A stretch of DNA of 32,000 nt, taken from assembly GCF_000008625.1 (NCBI RefSeq), contig NC_000918.1, positions 690,001-722,000 on the forward strand, in the 5' to 3' direction. This document shows positions 7,947-16,459 of this stretch, piece by piece (within the stretch, counting starts at the first letter, position 1; every line of letters starts with the position of its first letter). This DNA comes from Aquifex aeolicus VF5. GTDB taxonomy: Bacteria > Aquificota > Aquificia > Aquificales > Aquificaceae. A program made the translations under genes and the position numbers. The notes under the pieces were generated by a model. The model did not search any database and was not told the DNA's origin. It saw nothing but the letters and a program-made list of their open reading frames with translations.

Positions 7947-10900
7947 ATTATGACCTTCACTCCCAGTTTTTCTATCTCCTCTACAACCTTTCTGTCAGCC
8001 TTTAGTTTCATATCTTGTGGGAGTGCTAAATCAACGAAGTAGTCTCCCAGATCAACCGTGAGAACCAAGTTGTATCCGTCCTCCGTCCTGTTGTTTTCAA
8101 TAATTCCCTTTAGTTTTTCGGCAACGCCGTTTAGGGCTTGCTCTCTTTTTAAGAATATATAAAGGGTATTCCTCATCTCCTTTGCGAACTCCTCAGGGGA
8201 GAAAACCTCTTTCACCACGAACTTGACATTTTCCGTTTCAAGGTCCTCGTCCAGAAAACCTTTGACTACCACTACTCTGTCCTCTTCTATCAGTTCCTTT
8301 GCCTCTTCGTAAACTCCCGGGAAGACGACACACTCTATTAGTCCCGTCTTGTCAACGAGGTTGAAGACCGCCATGTAATCTCCGTTTTTCGTCTTTTTTA
8401 CTTTGAGTTCCGTGATAACTCCTGTAAGCACCGCTTCGCTTTCCTTGTCCCACTCTTCTAAATCTTCAATGGGTGTGTAGCGGTTCTTGAGGAGCTTTTC
8501 GTAGTTGTCAAGGGGGTGCCCTGAAATGTAAAAACCGAGAACTTCCTTTTCAAGCTTTAAGGGGTCGAGTTCTTCCACTTCTTCTTTCGGTGCACCGAAA
8601 AGGGAGTTTTGTGTAGCCATTAATGCTTTTTCAGAGTTTGCCACTTTAGCGAGTAGTTCTTTCCTCTTTTTCTTAGTAAAGTCAAAAGCCCCTGCCTTTA
8701 CGAGTGCTTCCACGACTTTCTTGTTTATCTTCCTGTTCTTGGTTTTGTTTATGAAGTCCGCAAGCCCTTTGAACTGCTTATACTTCTTTCTAGCTTCAAC
8801 GATTATCTTAGCAGTTTCCTCTCCCACTCCCTTTATCCTCGCAAGCCCGAACCTTATCCTGTTTTCACCTTCTATCGTAAATCCTACATCACTCTTGTTT
8901 ATGTCGGGGGGAAGTATCTCAAATCCGAAGAGTTTAGCGTCTTTTATGAGGTTGAGGAACTTGTTGTCGTTCTTTTCAGTTGTGAGTTTTACCGCGAAGA
9001 ACTCCGCGGGATAGTGGGCTTTAACGTAGGCGGTCCAGTAGGAGATGTACCCGTAAGCTACCGAGTGAGACTTGTTGAAGGAGTAGGAAGCGAACTTCTC
9101 TATGTCTTCCCAGAGCTTCCTTATCTTTTCTTCAGGGTATCCCCTTTCCACCGCTCCCTGTATGAACTTGTCTTTCATCTGAGCCATTAAATCCGCTTTC
9201 TTCTTACCTATCGCCTTTCTGAGGGTATCCGCCTCTCCGGGAGTAAAGCCGGAAAGTATCTGAGACATCTTCATCACCTGTTCCTGATAAACGATTACTC
9301 CGTAGGTTTCCTTAAGGACGGGTTCAAGCTCCGGGAAGGGGTACTCAACGGGTTCTTTTCCGTGCTTTCTCTTAATGTATGTGTCAACGAGTCCGCTCTT
9401 TAGAGGTCCGGGTCTGTAGAGTGCGAGGACCGCAACGATGTCGTCAAAGCTGTCGGGCTTTAGTTTCTTCAGGAGTTCTTTCATTCCCCTGCTTTCGAGC
9501 TGGAACACTCCCGTGGTTTTTCCTTCCTGAAGGAGTTTGTAAACTTTCGGGTCGTCAAGGGGAAGTTCAAGGAAGTTTATATCCACTCCGTGTCTTTCCT
9601 TTATGAGTTCTTTCATGAGTTTCAGTTCTGTGAGGGTTTTGAGTCCGAGGAAGTCCATCTTCAGGAGACCGAGTTCTTCGAGCTGAACCATGTCGTACTG
9701 GGTTGCGACTTCGCCCTCTTTATCGTAGTAGAGGGGAACGAGCTCGCTCAAGGGCTTTGGTGCTATAACCACTCCCGCGGCGTGGAGGGAGGTGTGTCTC
9801 GTGAGACCTTCAAGCTTCAGGGCCGTCTCAACGAGCTGTTTTATCTCCGGACTTTCTTCGCATATCTGTCTGAACTTCTTTACGTTGTCCTCTATGTCCG
9901 TTCTGTGTTCTCCGTACTTCTGAAGGAGTTCCTCCACAGGCGTTTTGTACATCTCTTCCAGACTGAGCCACGTTCCCTGAACGTCCCCCTGAGGAATGAG
10001 TTTTGCGAGTTTGTCCGCGGTGGAGTAGGGGAGTCCCATGGCCCTTGCGACGTCTCTCAGTGTTTGCTTCGCCTTCATTACGTTGTAGGTGATTATCTGA
10101 GCTACGTTGTCGTGTCCGTACTTGTTCCTTACGTACTCTATGACCTTTTCCCTGTTGTCCTGACAGAAATCCACGTCTATATCCGGCATGGAAACCCTTT
10201 CGGGGTTTAAGAACCTCTCAAAAAGGAATCCGTGCTTTATAGGGTCAACGTCCGTTATTCCGATGGCGTATGCGACGAGGGAACCTCCAGCACTTCCCCT
10301 TCCGGGTCCAACAGGTATGTCGTTTTTCTTAGCCCAGTTTATGAAGTCCTGAACTATCAAGAAGTATCCCGCAAAGCCCATTTTGTTTATAACTTCCAGT
10401 TCGTACTCGAGCCTCTCCCAGTACTCTTTAGTATCCTTAGCTTGTCCCCTTTCTATCCTCTGTCTTAAACCTTTGTACGCGAGTTCTCTGAGGTATTCCT
10501 CAAGGGTTTTGTCGGGCGGAACGTCGTACTTGGGAAGGAGGTAGGTGGAGTTTTCAAATATCTCAAAGCTGTCCGCTGTCTTTTCCATTACCTCGAGAGT
10601 GTTCAGGAGTGCCTTTTCCCAGCCTTCGAACTTACCTTCAAACTTTTTCCACATGTACTCGGGTGGAGCAAAGTGAAGGTCTTCGTTTGAACACTTGAAG
10701 TTTCCCGAACTCAGTTCGTGAATGGTCTTTTTCATTTGAAGTGCCATAAGAACCGTGTGGGCGTACCTGTCTTCGGGATTGAGGTAGTGGGCGTCCTGCG
10801 TCGCTATGAGTTTCACATCGTACTTTTTGGCTATCTCTATTAAGTTCCTGTTTGCCACTTCCTGTTCTGGAATGTTGTTCGCTTGAAGTTCTAAATAAAG

Positions 10901-11428
10901 GTCATCTCCGAATATATCCTTGAACTTCTTTACCCATTCCTCCGCCTTTTTCACTTCGTTTATAGAAGCGTAGTAGGTGGGAACACCTTTCAGGCATGCG
11001 GTAAGGGCTATTAGGCCCTCCCCGTACTTTTCAAGGAGTTCGTAATCAATTCTGGGTTTGTAGTAAAAACCTTCTTTGTAGGCGAGGGTTGAGAGCTTCA
11101 TTAAGTTCTTTAGACCTTTGTCGTCCTTTGCTATAAGTATGAGGTGGTGGTTGTACTTGTCGGTTATGTTGTCCTCGCTCGTTTTAGTCTTTCTGTCAAA
11201 CCTCGAACCCGTGGTAAAGTAGGCTTCCATGCCGATTATGGGCTTAATTCCTTCCGCCTTCAGGGCTTTGTAGAATTTATACGAACCGAAGAGGTTTCCG
11301 TGGTCTGACATTCCGACAGCTTTGTATCCATACTCCTTTGCCTTTTTCACGAGCTCGTCTATCTTTATAGCCCCGTCCAGGAGTGAGAACTGGGTGTGCA
11401 GGTGAAGGTGGACGAAATCCTTACTCAT
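7943..11428 (-). CDS. dnaE: DNA polymerase III alpha subunit
   Basis: 1161 aa. N-terminal PHP domain HLHLHTQFSLLDG, polymerase core (PDIDVDF), and a C-terminal OB fold. Confidence 0.97.
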   Translation of the reverse strand: MSKDFVHLHLHTQFSLLDGAIKIDELVKKAKEYGYKAVGMSDHGNLFGSYKFYKALKAEGIKPIIGMEAYFTTGSRFDRKTKTSEDNITDKYNHHLILIAKDDKGLKNLMKLSTLAYKEGFYYKPRIDYELLEKYGEGLIALTACLKGVPTYYASINEVKKAEEWVKKFKDIFGDDLYLELQANNIPEQEVANRNLIEIAKKYDVKLIATQDAHYLNPEDRYAHTVLMALQMKKTIHELSSGNFKCSNEDLHFAPPEYMWKKFEGKFEGWEKALLNTLEVMEKTADSFEIFENSTYLLPKYDVPPDKTLEEYLRELAYKGLRQRIERGQAKDTKEYWERLEYELEVINKMGFAGYFLIVQDFINWAKKNDIPVGPGRGSAGGSLVAYAIGITDVDPIKHGFLFERFLNPERVSMPDIDVDFCQDNREKVIEYVRNKYGHDNVAQIITYNVMKAKQTLRDVARAMGLPYSTADKLAKLIPQGDVQGTWLSLEEMYKTPVEELLQKYGEHRTDIEDNVKKFRQICEESPEIKQLVETALKLEGLTRHTSLHAAGVVIAPKPLSELVPLYYDKEGEVATQYDMVQLEELGLLKMDFLGLKTLTELKLMKELIKERHGVDINFLELPLDDPKVYKLLQEGKTTGVFQLESRGMKELLKKLKPDSFDDIVAVLALYRPGPLKSGLVDTYIKRKHGKEPVEYPFPELEPVLKETYGVIVYQEQVMKMSQILSGFTPGEADTLRKAIGKKKADLMAQMKDKFIQGAVERGYPEEKIRKLWEDIEKFASYSFNKSHSVAYGYISYWTAYVKAHYPAEFFAVKLTTEKNDNKFLNLIKDAKLFGFEILPPDINKSDVGFTIEGENRIRFGLARIKGVGEETAKIIVEARKKYKQFKGLADFINKTKNRKINKKVVEALVKAGAFDFTKKKRKELLAKVANSEKALMATQNSLFGAPKEEVEELDPLKLEKEVLGFYISGHPLDNYEKLLKNRYTPIEDLEEWDKESEAVLTGVITELKVKKTKNGDYMAVFNLVDKTGLIECVVFPGVYEEAKELIEEDRVVVVKGFLDEDLETENVKFVVKEVFSPEEFAKEMRNTLYIFLKREQALNGVAEKLKGIIENNRTEDGYNLVLTVDLGDYFVDLALPQDMKLKADRKVVEEIEKLGVKVII

Positions 11429-11439
11429 AAATCTAAATT

Positions 11440-12180
11440 TTAAACTCCCGACCCCGCTATGTGCCTCCCACCGTCCACGCAGATTATTTCTCCGGTGATA
11501 CTTTCCGTTTCCAAAAGAAGGAGCGTTGTGCTTACCACGTCTTTAACGGAAACTTCCCTTCTCAGGGGCGTTCTCGCGAGTATCTTTTTCCACTCCTCCT
11601 CCGAGTAGTTTTCCGCCTTCATCACGGGACCGGGAGCAACGCAATTCACGAGAACGTGAGGTGCAAACTCCTTTGCCAGAACCTTTACCGCTGTGTGAAG
11701 GGCTCCTTTGGCGATAAAGTAAGCACTGAAACCCTTATAAGGGGATATGTTTGTAGCCCAATCGCCGAAGGCAACTATCCTTCCCTTTACGTTTCCTTCA
11801 TTTTTGAGCATAACTTTATAACACTCCACAGAGATAAAGAAGAAAGCTTCCGCTATGGGTATGAAGTGATAGTAAAGATCCTCCCGCGTTGTTTCTGTGA
11901 GCTCTTTTCTCTCATAGGGTGAGGCGAGGTGAACGAAGGCGTCTATCCTGCCGAACTCCTCGTAAGTTCCTTTTACAAGTTTTTCATAGTCCCCGTACGC
12001 GCACAGATCTGCCCGAAATCCCTTTACCTTAACTCCTTTTCCCTTTGCATACTCGGTCAGTTCCTCCACCGCTTCTCTGCTTGACCTGTATACGACGCTC
12101 AGGGAATAACCTTTATCTATCAAAGCTTTAGCAACTTCCTTTCCTATCCTCCTTACACCTGTGATTAAGGCAACGTTCAT
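11440..12180 (-). CDS. Short-chain dehydrogenase/reductase (PTR1/FolM-like glycine motif)
   Basis: The ORF track gives 11440..12204. MNVALITGVRRIGKEV starts at the ATG at 12178-12180, which is the more likely start. It has the Rossmann motif TGxxRRIG and catalytic YxxxK (YFIAK). Confidence 0.8.
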   Translation of the reverse strand: MNVALITGVRRIGKEVAKALIDKGYSLSVVYRSSREAVEELTEYAKGKGVKVKGFRADLCAYGDYEKLVKGTYEEFGRIDAFVHLASPYERKELTETTREDLYYHFIPIAEAFFFISVECYKVMLKNEGNVKGRIVAFGDWATNISPYKGFSAYFIAKGALHTAVKVLAKEFAPHVLVNCVAPGPVMKAENYSEEEWKKILARTPLRREVSVKDVVSTTLLLLETESITGEIICVDGGRHIAGSGV

Positions 12181-12643
12181 GAAAGAAACTATAATATCTT
12201 CCATGGAGAAGTTTATTCAAAAATTTTTTGAAGAGCTTTACTTAATTCTTTTTGACTACGCTCTTAAGATAGCTCAAAATCCAATAGATGAGCTTTTAAT
12301 ATTTGGAAGTATAGCAATTGCCTACACGGTAATTTACATATCGGGTCTATTCTTTGCAAGAAAGATAAATCTACCCTACATAAGGAAAATCCTTGAAATA
12401 GGTATTAGCGTCATATTTTACTTCTTAGTTTCTCTTTTGGAAGGGAAATTCCCCCAGGTAGAAAGCCTGCTACTATTAAAAACGCTCTTTCTAGTTCAAA
12501 CAATTCGTGTATTCATCCTTTCCCTTGAGGCTTTTCAGGCTTTTGGATTTACTACCAAGCTTTTAATAAACATTTTTTCTATCCTCGGCGGTATTTCCTT
12601 TTTCATTATAAAACTGTCTCCCTTTACAAGAAGAAAAATATAA
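12161..12643 (+). CDS. Hypothetical integral membrane protein
   Basis: Multi-TM hydrophobic ORF directly upstream of the MscS gene. The start is uncertain: GTG 12161, ATG 12179 or ATG 12203. Confidence 0.5.
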   Translation: MIKATFMKETIISSMEKFIQKFFEELYLILFDYALKIAQNPIDELLIFGSIAIAYTVIYISGLFFARKINLPYIRKILEIGISVIFYFLVSLLEGKFPQVESLLLLKTLFLVQTIRVFILSLEAFQAFGFTTKLLINIFSILGGISFFIIKLSPFTRRKI

Positions 12644-12654
12644 AGTTTCTGCTA

Positions 12655-13965
12655 TTGAGTAAAACGTTTACGTTCCTCTACAAATTCTCTATTGCCCTGC
12701 TTTTGTGGATATTCTTAAGGACCCTTTTTAAAGTCGCGATTAAAAGGTTTAAAGGTAGCGGTTTTGAATCCGTGCTTAATTCCCTCTGGTTTGTTTTGAG
12801 TGCGTCTTACGTGGCGTTTACAGGCGCATGGATACTGAATCTCGTTAAGTTCTCCGTGGACTTTATAGTAGACGTTGCGGTATTTTTCGTAATTTTCTTG
12901 GTCTACGCTGCGGTATTCGGTTACTCGGTTTATCTGATAGGTAAATTCTTCGGCGACACGGACGGTTACGAGAATCTCCTGAAGAGCTTTAAAAAGTTCG
13001 CTTATATGTTTTCCATATACATACTCTACAAAAGCCTTATCTACTTGACGAACATTGAAGTCCTCGTAAAGAAGCTTGAAAGAATATACATACTTGAGAC
13101 GGAACTCGTTAAGATTTCTCTCTTTTCCTTTGTGGAAGGGATATACGTCTTCTTTGTTCTGAAGTACTTCTTTGAAACACTCGGAAACCTTTTCTACGTT
13201 GTGTATATGAAAAAGGACCAAGAAGTAGAAGCGGGTTCCTTTAGAACAATTACCGTAAACCTCGGTTTACTCCTTTCTCTCCTGATAGCGGGTGTGAGTA
13301 TAGGGATTACGTGGAAAGCTGCTGTTCCCATAGCGGGCGCCCTCGGCATAGGTTTGGGTTTTGGACTTCAGACCATTTTCAACAACTACGTCAGCGGGTT
13401 TATACTCCTCCTTAGCAAAAACATAAAAGTGGGTGATTACATAGAAATTGAAGGAAAGGCCGGCGCCGCTGTAGGAGCTGGAGGAGACACGATTTTCGGA
13501 AGAGTAGTCAGTATAAATATCCTTACAACCATTGTAAGGACTTGGGACAACGTGGAAGTCGCCATACCAAACTCCGAATTCCTGTCGAGCAAAATAGTCA
13601 ATTACTCTATGACTAACCCAATAGTGAGGGTCAGGATTCCCTTCGGAGTTGCTTACTCTTCGGACCCAGAAAAGGTAAGGGAAGTGCTAATAAGAGTGGC
13701 AAAGAGGATGCCCCACGTACTGCCATCTCCTGAACCGGACGTCTGGTTCCACGAAATGGGAGACAGTGCACTTATATTTATCCTGCTCGTATGGGTGGAC
13801 CTGAGGAGGTTAAGGCGACTGAAAGCTTTAAAGAGTTCCATTTATTATGAGGCGTGGAAGGAACTAAAAAAAGAGGGAATAGAAATACCGTTCCCGCAAA
13901 GGGACGTGTGGTTCAGGAACAAACTGAAGGTAGAGATAGAGAAAGACATCAAGCCCGAGCAGTGA
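12655..13965 (+). CDS. Mechanosensitive ion channel, MscS family
   Basis: 436 aa with a TTG start. N-terminal TM helices, then the MscS pore helix and beta domain (IFNNYVSGFILLLSKNIKVGDYIEIEG...V..I.....R..DN..V.IPNS). Confidence 0.85.
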   Translation: MSKTFTFLYKFSIALLLWIFLRTLFKVAIKRFKGSGFESVLNSLWFVLSASYVAFTGAWILNLVKFSVDFIVDVAVFFVIFLVYAAVFGYSVYLIGKFFGDTDGYENLLKSFKKFAYMFSIYILYKSLIYLTNIEVLVKKLERIYILETELVKISLFSFVEGIYVFFVLKYFFETLGNLFYVVYMKKDQEVEAGSFRTITVNLGLLLSLLIAGVSIGITWKAAVPIAGALGIGLGFGLQTIFNNYVSGFILLLSKNIKVGDYIEIEGKAGAAVGAGGDTIFGRVVSINILTTIVRTWDNVEVAIPNSEFLSSKIVNYSMTNPIVRVRIPFGVAYSSDPEKVREVLIRVAKRMPHVLPSPEPDVWFHEMGDSALIFILLVWVDLRRLRRLKALKSSIYYEAWKELKKEGIEIPFPQRDVWFRNKLKVEIEKDIKPEQ

Positions 13966-15178
13966 GCTCTTCTTCCTTTTCTACTTCTACGATAAGGTAA
14001 ACCTTGTCCCCTTCCCTTACCTTATCTACCGTTTTCAAACCTATAACGCTTCCCTTTTGAGCCACTTCGACAGGCTTTCCGTCTATTTGCATGCTTTCAA
14101 CTTTCTGCCTAACTACTCCCGTTTTCTTGCCTATTATGTGTATCGTGTCTCCGAGTCTCAGGTCTCCCGCTTCAAGTTTTACCTCTGCAACGCTTATCCT
14201 CGGGTAGAACTTCTGAACCTTTCCGACGTAAACCTTTTTCTCCTTAGCCACGCTCTCGTTAACGCCGAAGCTCGCCTTTCCGAAGTAAAAACCGCTGTCC
14301 CACTCCCTGTGGTAAACTCTGCTCACCATGTCTATGAGTTCCTGTCTGAGTTTCTCGTTAAAGCTTCCTTCAAGGAGGGCGTCCCTTGCGGTTCTGTAAG
14401 CTTTAGTAACCATGTAAACGTAGTCCGGATTTTTGCTCCTTCCCTCTATCTTCCACGCGTCTAAAAACATAAGGTGCTCTATTATGTCAAGGGTCATCAA
14501 ATCCCTTGCGGAAAGGACATAATCCTCTCCGAGAACGTACTCAGCACCTTTTGCGTTAGGATTGAGGTCTCTTATTACTACCTGAAACTCGTGCCTGCAC
14601 ACTTGATAACACTCTCCCCTGTTTCCGGACTTTTTGAATACTTCGTGACTTAGGAAACACCTTCCCGATATAGCCATACACATAGCACCGTGGACAAAAG
14701 CCTCAATTTCAAGGTTTGTGTTTCGCTTTAGCCTTTTTAATTGCTCGAGGTTTAACTCCTTTGCGGGGACAATCCTCTTTATCCCGAGGTTCTCAAAGAA
14801 CTTCGCACTTACCGAGTTCGCTATGCCCGTCATAACGGAAGCGTGAGTCTCTATTCCCATCTCAAGGGATTTGGTCATAACCGCAAAGTCCCAGGCTATT
14901 ACTGCGTCTATACCGCTCTCTTTTACTCTGTGGAGAACTTCCTCAACGTAGGGTATGTCCTCGTCAAAGACTATGGAGTTCAGGGTGAGGTAAGCCCTCG
15001 CTCCGTGCTCCGCACAAAACTCCTTTATCTCCCCAAGCTCATCCATGGAAAAGTTTTTCTTCAGGGAACGCTGGTTTAATTTATCAAGACCGAAGTAAAC
15101 CGCTTCCGCTCCGGCTTTCAAGGCTGCGGATAAGCCTTCCCAGTTTCCCGCGGGTGCCAAAATCTCAGGTTTTCTCAT
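13949..15178 (-). CDS. Peptidase U32 family protein
   Basis: 409 aa. MRKPEILAPAGNWEGLSAALKAGAEAVYFG is a typical U32 N-terminus, with the internal E..VHGAMC...SGRC motif. Confidence 0.9.
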   Translation of the reverse strand: MRKPEILAPAGNWEGLSAALKAGAEAVYFGLDKLNQRSLKKNFSMDELGEIKEFCAEHGARAYLTLNSIVFDEDIPYVEEVLHRVKESGIDAVIAWDFAVMTKSLEMGIETHASVMTGIANSVSAKFFENLGIKRIVPAKELNLEQLKRLKRNTNLEIEAFVHGAMCMAISGRCFLSHEVFKKSGNRGECYQVCRHEFQVVIRDLNPNAKGAEYVLGEDYVLSARDLMTLDIIEHLMFLDAWKIEGRSKNPDYVYMVTKAYRTARDALLEGSFNEKLRQELIDMVSRVYHREWDSGFYFGKASFGVNESVAKEKKVYVGKVQKFYPRISVAEVKLEAGDLRLGDTIHIIGKKTGVVRQKVESMQIDGKPVEVAQKGSVIGLKTVDKVREGDKVYLIVEVEKEEELTARA

Positions 15179-15208
15179 GGCACAAAATATTAAACTCTCT
15201 CAAAGCCC

Positions 15209-15236
15209 TTGACTATGATTAAATTTTAAGTAAAAT
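15209..15236 (+). promoter_or_regulatory. Candidate sigma70-type promoter of the toxin-antitoxin cassette
   Basis: TTGACT (15209-15214), a 16-nt spacer, then TAAAAT (15231-15236), about 20 nt upstream of the toxin GTG. Confidence 0.45.
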
Positions 15237-15252
15237 TTAACTTATAAGTTAA
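15237..15252. promoter_or_regulatory. Perfect 16-bp palindrome, candidate antitoxin operator
   Basis: TTAACTTATAAGTTAA is its own reverse complement. It sits between the -10 box and the toxin start, overlapping the expected transcription start. Confidence 0.45.
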
Positions 15253-15254
15253 AT

Positions 15255-15662
15255 GTGGATACGAAGAACTTTTACAGGTTGGATGATGGAAGCGGTAAGT
15301 ACGAGCTATGGATATGGAAAGGTTTCGATGAACAGTTTGAAAAAGTTACAAAGGGAGACACTAAAAGTCGGAAGAAAATTCTTACATGGATTGAAAGACT
15401 GTCACATGGAATTCCTACACAACCTGAAAAGGCAAAAGTGCTTAAGGGAAATGCGTGTAAAGGGTTATCAGGTCCAGTAATGGAGCTCAAACCTAAACCT
15501 TACAGAGTTTCATTTATTTGTTTGTGTAATAAGTACATCTTAGTAGGCACTATATGGAGGAAAAGAGCTAATTCAAGGGATAGTTCGGAAATAGACAAAG
15601 CTTGTAAATTGATGAAGGAACTTGTGGAGATGTTTTTAAAGGAGGCCGGTACATGCTGTTAA
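15255..15662 (+). CDS. HigB/RelE-superfamily toxin (Gp49-like)
   Basis: 135 aa with a GTG start. The segment ...VMELKPKPYRVSFICLCNKYILVGTIWRKRANSRDSSEIDKACKLMKEL matches the Gp49/HigB-like pattern (ELR...YRI.F......I.LL..F.KK......EI..A). It lies upstream of, and overlaps by 10 nt, an XRE-HTH gene. Confidence 0.7.
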   Translation: MDTKNFYRLDDGSGKYELWIWKGFDEQFEKVTKGDTKSRKKILTWIERLSHGIPTQPEKAKVLKGNACKGLSGPVMELKPKPYRVSFICLCNKYILVGTIWRKRANSRDSSEIDKACKLMKELVEMFLKEAGTCC

Positions 15663-16033
15663 GGACGTTGAAGAAAAACTTACAGGGTAACGCTGATTAC
15701 ATATACGAAAAATTGAAGTTTGATATTTCGGAAGAGCTTGCAAAACTTATGAAACAGAAAGGTATTACGAAGAAAGAATTGGCACATAGAATGGGCGTAT
15801 CACCTGCATACGTTACTAAAATATTTAGTGCGGAAAATATCTCACTTAAGGTTATAGCAAAGGTACTTTCCGCTTTGGAAGCAGATAATTACACCCTAAA
15901 GTTAATTCCTGAAGATAAAAGCTTACTAATAGATGAACTGGATAAATGGTACTATAGCTTTAAAAAGACTTACAGATATATACAACCAGAGGAGATAGAA
16001 AATGAAATTAAAGAAATCCCCACTGCAGCTTAA
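15653..16033 (+). CDS. HigA-like XRE-family HTH antitoxin with a C-terminal extension
   Basis: 126 aa. HTH segment GITKKELAHRMGVSPAYVTKIFSAENISLKVIAKVLSAL. SD AGGAGG about 7 nt upstream of the ATG. A roughly 40-aa aromatic-rich tail (LIDELDKWYYSFKKTYRYI...) follows the HTH domain. Confidence 0.8.
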   Translation: MLLRTLKKNLQGNADYIYEKLKFDISEELAKLMKQKGITKKELAHRMGVSPAYVTKIFSAENISLKVIAKVLSALEADNYTLKLIPEDKSLLIDELDKWYYSFKKTYRYIQPEEIENEIKEIPTAA

Positions 16034-16459
16034 AACTGTGAAAATAGTTCTTTTCACATAGATTGGGATTTAGAAAACATAAACGTAAGGGAAATTAACC
16101 CTCAAGAATACGTTGTTGATTTAGATTTTGATATATTTAGCGTTCAGGGGAAAAATACTTCCAATAATCTTTTTCTTATAGAGCTCCTTATAAAGATAAA
16201 TTATTCAAAAAGAAAAGAAAAGAAATTCCCTTTCAAAGCTAAGTTGAAGCTTAAAGCGTTATTTGATTTTATAGAAGATGTAGATGAAAGCAAAAAAACG
16301 CAGTATTTGTTATACAACGGCCTATCCATACTGTACAGTTTTGTGAGAGGGTATCTATTTGAAAAGCTCGATTTACTTGTTCCTGATCACAGGATAATTC
16401 CCACAGTAAACCTTTTAGATTTGATTCAGAAGAAGGCAAATGTAAAATCAAAATTATGA
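16002..16459 (+). pseudogene. SecB-like chaperone gene interrupted by a 1-nt frameshift (third gene of the TA cassette)
   Basis: ATG at 16002 with SD GGAG 7 nt upstream gives MKLKKSPLQLKTVKIVLFT, then TAG at 16059. The frame shifted by -1 is open from 16034 to 16459: ..FHIDWDLENINVREINPQEYVVDLDFDIFSVQGKNTSNNLFLIELLIKINY...FKAKLKLKALFDFIEDVDESKKTQYLLYNGLSILYSFVRGYLFEKLDLLVPDHRIIPTVNLLDLIQK. This aligns by eye along E. coli SecB (..EV..GGIF.I......L...CPNILFPYARE.I......G.FP.L.L.PVNF..LF). The track only shows a 71-aa tail from 16244. Confidence 0.65.

Noticed and set aside
8721-10468. Plus-strand ORFs (8721-9014, 9379-9606, 9590-10210, 10232-10468) opposite dnaE
   Set aside because: They are fully contained in the strongly supported dnaE frame. 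They have no recognisable motifs or ribosome-binding sites, as expected for open antisense frames in a long gene.
15253-15480. 75-aa ORF starting at ATG 15253, overlapping the toxin gene in another frame
   Set aside because: It has no recognisable motifs, whereas the overlapping GTG 15255 frame gives a full-length HigB/Gp49-like sequence that runs into the antitoxin.
16047-16061. Programmed -1 ribosomal frameshift in the SecB-like gene
   Set aside because: The shift site gtt ctt ttc aca is not a canonical X XXY YYZ slippery heptamer, and I see no obvious downstream stimulatory structure. A 1-nt indel in the T-run (mutation or sequencing error) is the simpler explanation. It is kept as an open question in the findings.
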